64,000 nt of DNA from Planctomycetota bacterium (GTDB lineage: Bacteria > Planctomycetota > UBA1135 > UBA2386): assembly GCA_965223545.1 (NCBI GenBank), contig OZ245006.1, positions 1,888,001-1,952,000 on the forward strand, read 5' to 3'. The notes under the pieces are model-generated. The model worked only from the letters and a program-made list of their open reading frames with translations. It did no database searches and was not told the origin of the DNA. The first letter of the stretch is position 1. Each line of letters opens with the position of its first letter. The translations under genes and the position numbers were made by a program. Below, in pieces: positions 58,747 to 64,000 of this stretch.

Positions 58747-60753
58747 ATGACCTCTTCGAAAGCCATCCTGATCCTGCTGATCCTCGGCGCCGCCGCTGCC
58801 GGCGTCTTCACGCTGGTCTCCGGCGATGGCGGTGAGCCCAACTTCCCCGCCACGGGGCAGACCCAGGTCGCGCGCGCGACCGACCCCGAGGCGACCTCCC
58901 TGCAGTCGACCGAGCCCCAGCCCGTCGAGGCGCGCCCCGCCCAAACCCCGACCCGGACCGAAGTCCCCGCGGCGCCAGCCGGCCGGGACCACCCGCAGGG
59001 CGTGATGGGCCAGGTGCTGACCCCGCAGGGCGCGCCCGCCGTCGGCACCAAGATCTTCCTGATGGAGGCGTCGACGACGGACTTGTTCCAGCAGCTTCGC
59101 CTGGCGCACAAGGGCATCCGGATCCCGCCGCTGGCCAGCACCGAAGCCGACGAGACCGGCGCGTTCCGCCTGGGTGTGCAGCGGGTCGACGCGACCAAGC
59201 GCTACGAGGTCCGCATCGTCAGCGACGACTTCGTCGACCACAACGTCCCGCCGGTGGCGATCCTCGAGAACCAGTGGTACGACCTGAAGCGGATCACGCT
59301 GGCGCGCGGCGCGACGCTGTGGGGCCGGGTCACGATCGAGGGCAGCGGCGGCGTGCCGGTGCCGGATGCCATCGTCCTGGTCAAGCCCAACAACTACTTC
59401 CCCAGCGTCAACCCGACGCCGGGCCGCGAAGAGGGCATCGAGATCCCCGTCGACCACACCGGTGGCTTCCGCATCGCCAACGCACCGTCCGGCGTGGTCA
59501 ACATCGCCGCCGTCGCACCCGGCTACGCCCGCATCGAGCGGCAGTCGGTCACCATCGACGAGCACGTCGAGAACCAGGTGATGTTCGAGCTGCCGGCCGG
59601 CGTGACGCTCAGTGGGCTCGTCACCGACGTCGACGGCCTGCCGGTCAAGGGAGCCCGGCTGGAGGCCACCGCGATGAGCGCCAAGTCGCCGACCACCGGC
59701 CGCACGCACAGCGAGCCCGACGGCAGCTTCGAGGTCGTCGGCCTGACCGACGGCCCCTACATGCTGACCGCGGTCGCCCCCGGTTTCGTGCGCGCGCAGA
59801 TCAAGCCGGTGCAGGCGCCCGACGCGTCGGTGCAGGTCGTGCTCGAGCGCCAGGGCGAGGCCGGCGTGCGCGCCTACGACAAGAACAACCGCTTGATGCG
59901 GTCGTTCAACGTCACCATCAAGACCTACACCGAGAACCAGGAGCTGTACGGCAACACCGACATCCCGACCCAGACGGCCAAGCCCGACGGCAGCGGAATC
60001 GCCACCATCACGGGGCTCGACCCGGGCAGCTACGTGTTCCAGGTCGAGGCGCGTGGCCACTGCAAGACGTTCTCCGAGCCGTTCACGATCGCCATGGGAC
60101 AGCCCAAGCCGATCGTCGACGTGCGCCTCACCGAGGGCGGCGTCATCGAAGGTGCGGTCACCGACGTCCGCGGCCAGCCGGTGGCAAACGTCAGAGTGCG
60201 CACGCTGCCCAACCACTTCGAAGAGAACCCGTTCACCACGATGTTCAAGGGGATCATTCCCTACAAGATCACGCAGCAGTCGGTGAACACCGATGCGCAG
60301 GGCCGCTATCGGTTGGCGCTGCTGACGCCGGGACAGTACCAGCTCAAGTTCGAGCACCCGCGCTACTACGAGGTGTTCTCCAAGAACCACGAGGTCGCCG
60401 ACGGCAGCGTGACGTCGGTGCCGGCGCAGTCGCTCGAGACCGGGACGCTGCTGCACGGAACGGTGCGCGTCAACGGCGAGCCCGGCAGCCAGGTGAAGAT
60501 CACCATCAGCTCGCTGCCCGACACCGAGGGCGGCGCCGCGCCGCGCATGTTCAGCTGCGATGCGATGACCGACAACGATGGCAAGTTCGCCATGCCCAAG
60601 CGCATTCCGCCCGGCCGCTATCAGGTGATGGCGGCGCGGCAGATGCTGAGCAACCCGCTGCTGACCATCGCCGACTTCCACAAGACCAAGCAAGAGATCA
60701 CCCTGCCGCGCGGCAAGGAGAAGCACTTCCTCACCTTCTCGATCACCGAGTGA
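58747..60753 (+). CDS. Membrane-anchored carboxypeptidase-regulatory-like repeat protein
   Basis: N-terminal TM; repeated G.VTD..G.PV.GA...T..DG.F beta-sandwich units. Confidence 0.8.
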   Translation: MTSSKAILILLILGAAAAGVFTLVSGDGGEPNFPATGQTQVARATDPEATSLQSTEPQPVEARPAQTPTRTEVPAAPAGRDHPQGVMGQVLTPQGAPAVGTKIFLMEASTTDLFQQLRLAHKGIRIPPLASTEADETGAFRLGVQRVDATKRYEVRIVSDDFVDHNVPPVAILENQWYDLKRITLARGATLWGRVTIEGSGGVPVPDAIVLVKPNNYFPSVNPTPGREEGIEIPVDHTGGFRIANAPSGVVNIAAVAPGYARIERQSVTIDEHVENQVMFELPAGVTLSGLVTDVDGLPVKGARLEATAMSAKSPTTGRTHSEPDGSFEVVGLTDGPYMLTAVAPGFVRAQIKPVQAPDASVQVVLERQGEAGVRAYDKNNRLMRSFNVTIKTYTENQELYGNTDIPTQTAKPDGSGIATITGLDPGSYVFQVEARGHCKTFSEPFTIAMGQPKPIVDVRLTEGGVIEGAVTDVRGQPVANVRVRTLPNHFEENPFTTMFKGIIPYKITQQSVNTDAQGRYRLALLTPGQYQLKFEHPRYYEVFSKNHEVADGSVTSVPAQSLETGTLLHGTVRVNGEPGSQVKITISSLPDTEGGAAPRMFSCDAMTDNDGKFAMPKRIPPGRYQVMAARQMLSNPLLTIADFHKTKQEITLPRGKEKHFLTFSITE

Positions 60754-60858
60754 GGCCAATCGGTACGGCGTGACGCTCACGCGACGGTGAGCGCCGCCTC
60801 CCGCCGGTTTTTGCGCTTGGGCCGTGTGCACCGCGCCACTGGCGCGATGATGATGCGC

Positions 60859-61971
60859 ATGAGCACGCGCCCGAGCTACTGGGACTACATCCGCGTCGAG
60901 GAGCTGCTGTCGCTGCAGGGGGGGCTCGGCGACGACGACCGGCAGCTCAGCAACGACGAGGTGCGCTTCATCACCATCCACCAGATCGACGAGCTGTGGA
61001 TGAAGCTGGCGCTGCGCGAGCTCGAGGCCGCCCGCGACGTGTTCCGGGCAGATCGCGTGCCGGAGACGGAGCTCTCCAAGGTCACCGCCGGCCTGCGCCG
61101 CGCGGTGCTGATCTTCGACCTGGCGGCGCGGCACTTCCAGCTGATGGAGACCATGCGGACGCAGGACTACCTGCGCTTTCGCGACAAGCTGTCGCCGGCG
61201 AGCGGCTTCCAGTCGGCGCAGTTCCGCGAGCTGGAGATCCTGATCGGCCTCGATGAGAAGGACCGACTGCCGTTCGGCAACGAGGCGGCGTTCACCGACG
61301 CGATGCGCGGCGCCGGCGGCGAGATGACCCCGGCGCTGCAGCGCGTGCAGCGCCGGCAGGCGGACCGCCCCACCCTCAAAGAGGCGGTCTACGCCTGGCT
61401 GTACCGCACACCGATCGACGGCTCGTCACCGGCCGACGCCGGCGACGAGGCCGTCGTCGAAGCGTTCATCGAGAAGTTCCTGCAGTGCCACGCAGCCGCG
61501 CTGCAGCGGCAGCAGGAGACCTCGGCCGGCGCGCAGGCGTTGACCGAGGCGGACCAGAAGCGGTTGCGCGAGCGCTACCGCGCCGAGCAGGACAGCGCGC
61601 GGCGCTACCTCGAGGCGCGCGAGGCCGAGGGCGAAACGCGCCGCACCCTGCGCCGCTTGCGCGCCGCAATCCTGTTCATCGACACCAACCGCGACCTACC
61701 GCTGCTCTCCTGGCCCGGCGAGATCGTCGACGGCCTCATCGAGCTCGAGCAGGCATTGCTGGTGTTTCGCCAGCGGCACGCCCGCATGGTCGAGCGCGTC
61801 ATCGGCCGCCGGGTGGGCACGGGCGGCTCCGACGGCGTCGCCTACCTCGACCGCACCGCGCTCGAGTACCGCGTGTTCACCGAGGTCTGGGCGGCGCGCA
61901 CCCTGCTGCTCGCGCCCGAGCACGCGCCGGCGCTGCGCGACGCCGCGTTCTACGACCTGCGGCAGGGGTGA
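60859..61971 (+). CDS. kynA: Tryptophan 2,3-dioxygenase
   Basis: YWDYIRVEELLSLQ, DEVRFITIHQIDELWMK, FRDKLSPASGFQSAQFR, RHARMVERVIG...GTGGSDGVAYL. Start is among the ATGs at 60847-60859. Confidence 0.92.
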   Translation: MSTRPSYWDYIRVEELLSLQGGLGDDDRQLSNDEVRFITIHQIDELWMKLALRELEAARDVFRADRVPETELSKVTAGLRRAVLIFDLAARHFQLMETMRTQDYLRFRDKLSPASGFQSAQFRELEILIGLDEKDRLPFGNEAAFTDAMRGAGGEMTPALQRVQRRQADRPTLKEAVYAWLYRTPIDGSSPADAGDEAVVEAFIEKFLQCHAAALQRQQETSAGAQALTEADQKRLRERYRAEQDSARRYLEAREAEGETRRTLRRLRAAILFIDTNRDLPLLSWPGEIVDGLIELEQALLVFRQRHARMVERVIGRRVGTGGSDGVAYLDRTALEYRVFTEVWAARTLLLAPEHAPALRDAAFYDLRQG

Positions 61972-62053
61972 GCGCCATGAAGCCCCCCTGCCATGGGCCG
62001 TTGGCCCCTGCTCGCATTCAAGTCGTGCCGGGCGGGCTCCCGATACAACGTGA

Positions 62054-63076
62054 GTGAGCGGATCCCCCTTCTCCGACCCCCGCTACGCAGAGCTGGGCTG
62101 CAACCACCACCCGGGCCCGGCCTCGGTCGCGGCCCACCTCGCCGCAGTGCACGACCACTTGGGCACCGCTTCCGGCGACGCGACGCGGTGCTTGTGCGCC
62201 GCCAGCGATGACCTCGCGTTGGTCCAGGTCGACCGCAACGGGCTGCCCATGTGCCTCGTCTTGTGCCGAGCATGCGGGATCATCCGTCAGAACCCACAGC
62301 CCAGCTCCGACACCTTGGCGTGGTTCTACACCCGCCACTACCGCGCGATCTACGGCCCGCACGTCGCGGCCGACTCGCTGTACGACGCCTACGCTTGGAA
62401 GGGCCAGCTGGCGGCGCGCGTGCTGGGCGAAGCGGGGGTCGAGCTGGCCGATCGCACGCTGCTCGATGTCGGCTGCGGCGGTGGGTGGGCGCTGCGAGCC
62501 GTGCGTGCTGAGGGCTGCACGAAGATCGGCTACGACTTCGACGAGGAGTTCCTGGCGATGGGGCGCAGTCACCGGCTCGACCTACGTCGCGGAGACGCCG
62601 CGCAAGCGCGCGCCGACGGCGTGGAAGCCGATGTGCTCATCGCGGCACACGTCCTCGAGCACGCCAAAGACCCCGTCGGTTGGCTTGCGGATCTACGGCC
62701 GTTGGCACGCGCTGGCGGCCACCTCTACGTCGAGGTCCCCCACTTCCGCCGGGTGCGCGCGACCTTGGAGTGCGACAGCCGGCGCTATTGGCAACTCGCG
62801 CACCTCTGGGACTTCCAGCGCGCACACGTGGAAGCGATGGCGCGCCGCGCTGGATGGCGCCCGATCCACAGCACCGAAGACGACCAGAGCGTCGAGGTGG
62901 TCTGCGAGCTCGCGGAGCCCGAACCGGAAACGCCGATGCCCGCCATGGGGACGGTGGTCGAGGATCTTCTTCGGCACTGCGAGGCCATGCGCACGAGCAT
63001 GGTCTATCGAGCCAGGCGGGCTGCGTACCACCGCGCCCGTCGCATCAAGCGTGCGCTGCTCGGTCCACGGCGCTGA
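62054..63076 (+). CDS. Class I SAM-dependent methyltransferase with N-terminal Zn ribbon
   Basis: CLC...CRACG, LLDVGCGGG, HVLEH..DP, LYVEVP, HLWDF. Confidence 0.85.
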   Translation: MSGSPFSDPRYAELGCNHHPGPASVAAHLAAVHDHLGTASGDATRCLCAASDDLALVQVDRNGLPMCLVLCRACGIIRQNPQPSSDTLAWFYTRHYRAIYGPHVAADSLYDAYAWKGQLAARVLGEAGVELADRTLLDVGCGGGWALRAVRAEGCTKIGYDFDEEFLAMGRSHRLDLRRGDAAQARADGVEADVLIAAHVLEHAKDPVGWLADLRPLARAGGHLYVEVPHFRRVRATLECDSRRYWQLAHLWDFQRAHVEAMARRAGWRPIHSTEDDQSVEVVCELAEPEPETPMPAMGTVVEDLLRHCEAMRTSMVYRARRAAYHRARRIKRALLGPRR

Positions 63077-63109
63077 GCGCACACTGGAGACGGCCGCGCA
63101 CTGGTTCCA

Positions 63110-64000
63110 CTACTCCGCCAGCAAGCGCCCGACCTCGGCGACGTCGCCGCGCGAGCCGATGAACAGCGGTGTGCGCTCGTGCAGCTGACTCGGCATCAGG
63201 TCGAGAATCGGCGTGCGGCCGTCGGTGGCATCGCCGCCCGCTTGGCGGGCGACCAACGCCAGCGGCGCGCACTCGTACAACAGACGTAGCTTGCCCTGCG
63301 GCTTCTCGACCTCGCCGGGGTACATGTAGATGCCGCCCTTGATCATGGTGCGGTGGAAGTCCGAGACCAGCGCGCCGATGTAGCGCGCCGAGCGCTTGCC
63401 GCACTCGGCCTCGCCGCAGCGGAACCGGCGCACCATCTCCACCGTCTTGTCGTCCCACTTGCTCTGGTTGGACTCGTTGACGGCGTACGTGCCGCTGCCG
63501 TCGGGGATCTTCATGTCGGGATGGGTCAAGAAGAACGCGCCGATCGAGCGGTCGAGGGTGAAGCCGTTGACCGGGCCGTCCGCCATGGCGTAGACGAACA
63601 TCGTGCTCGGCCCGTAGAGGATGTAGCCGGCGGCGACCTGGTCCGCTCCCTTCTGCAGGAACTCCTCGGTGGCGACGCGATCGCCGGAGCCGGGCCGGCG
63701 GTGGATGCTGAAGATCGTGCCCATGCCGCCGTCGACGTCGACGTTGCTCGAGCCGTCGAGGGGATCGTGCAGCAGCAGGTACTTGCCCGGCTTCTGACCC
63801 TCGAAGTGATGGATGTCGTCCATCTCCTCCGACGCCATGCAGCTGACGCTCTCGACGTTGCGGAAGACCTCGATGAAGACGTCGTTGCTGATCACGTCCA
63901 GCGCGCGCACCTCCTCGTCCTGCACGTTGCGGTCGCCGGTGAAACCCAGCTTGCCGACGAAGCCCGCGCGCATGATCTCGCTCGCGATGATGCGGCCGGC
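63110..64000 (-). CDS. fbp: Class 1 fructose-1,6-bisphosphatase (5' end outside the window)
   Basis: NVQDEEV..LD, ASEE, DPLDGSSNVD, AAGYILYGPST, RYIGALVSDFHR, GKLRLLYECAP. Confidence 0.95.
   Translation of the reverse strand, partial: AGRIIASEIMRAGFVGKLGFTGDRNVQDEEVRALDVISNDVFIEVFRNVESVSCMASEEMDDIHHFEGQKPGKYLLLHDPLDGSSNVDVDGGMGTIFSIHRRPGSGDRVATEEFLQKGADQVAAGYILYGPSTMFVYAMADGPVNGFTLDRSIGAFFLTHPDMKIPDGSGTYAVNESNQSKWDDKTVEMVRRFRCGEAECGKRSARYIGALVSDFHRTMIKGGIYMYPGEVEKPQGKLRLLYECAPLALVARQAGGDATDGRTPILDLMPSQLHERTPLFIGSRGDVAEVGRLLAE

Noticed and set aside
56211..64000. tkt plus fbp as a Calvin-cycle cluster
   Set aside because: They are on opposite strands, separated by unrelated genes, with no RuBisCO or phosphoribulokinase.

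Overview
A GC-rich bacterial window. The ECF sigma/Ser-Thr kinase clusters and secreted-protein repertoire suggest Planctomycetota, but this is inference only. Layout: (1) 1-11.3 kb is housekeeping: malic enzyme, a PPIase, an IolB-like gene, and ygfZ divergent from a complete iscR-iscS-iscU-iscA-hscB-hscA-fdx operon. (2) 11.3-39.7 kb is a signalling and secretome block with four ECF sigma factors, four Hanks-type kinases, and secreted beta-helix, RCC1, IPT/BNR and metalloprotease proteins. (3) 39.7-51.5 kb is an IS-riddled island containing a lower-GC four-gene operon: a radical SAM/SPASM maturase, a degenerate SPASM-tailed partner, a membrane-anchored beta-sandwich protein, and a 227-aa Tat-signal protein with 21 Cys, 20 of them in N-x-C motifs. 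This operon is the best candidate for an undescribed system (an exported, radical-SAM-crosslinked protein or giant RiPP). It is flanked by a decayed transposase-like gene, an IS630 remnant and two IS66 elements with exact terminal inverted repeats and 8-bp target duplications, and by a GntR gene that appears split by an inversion. (4) 51.5-64 kb holds a DUF2946-like His/CxxC/RGPP leader gene upstream of a metal-uptake operon, then tkt, a bfd-like gene, tryptophan 2,3-dioxygenase, a methyltransferase and fbp. No rRNA, tRNA or CRISPR array was seen. All calls come from motif recognition by eye; no searches were run.
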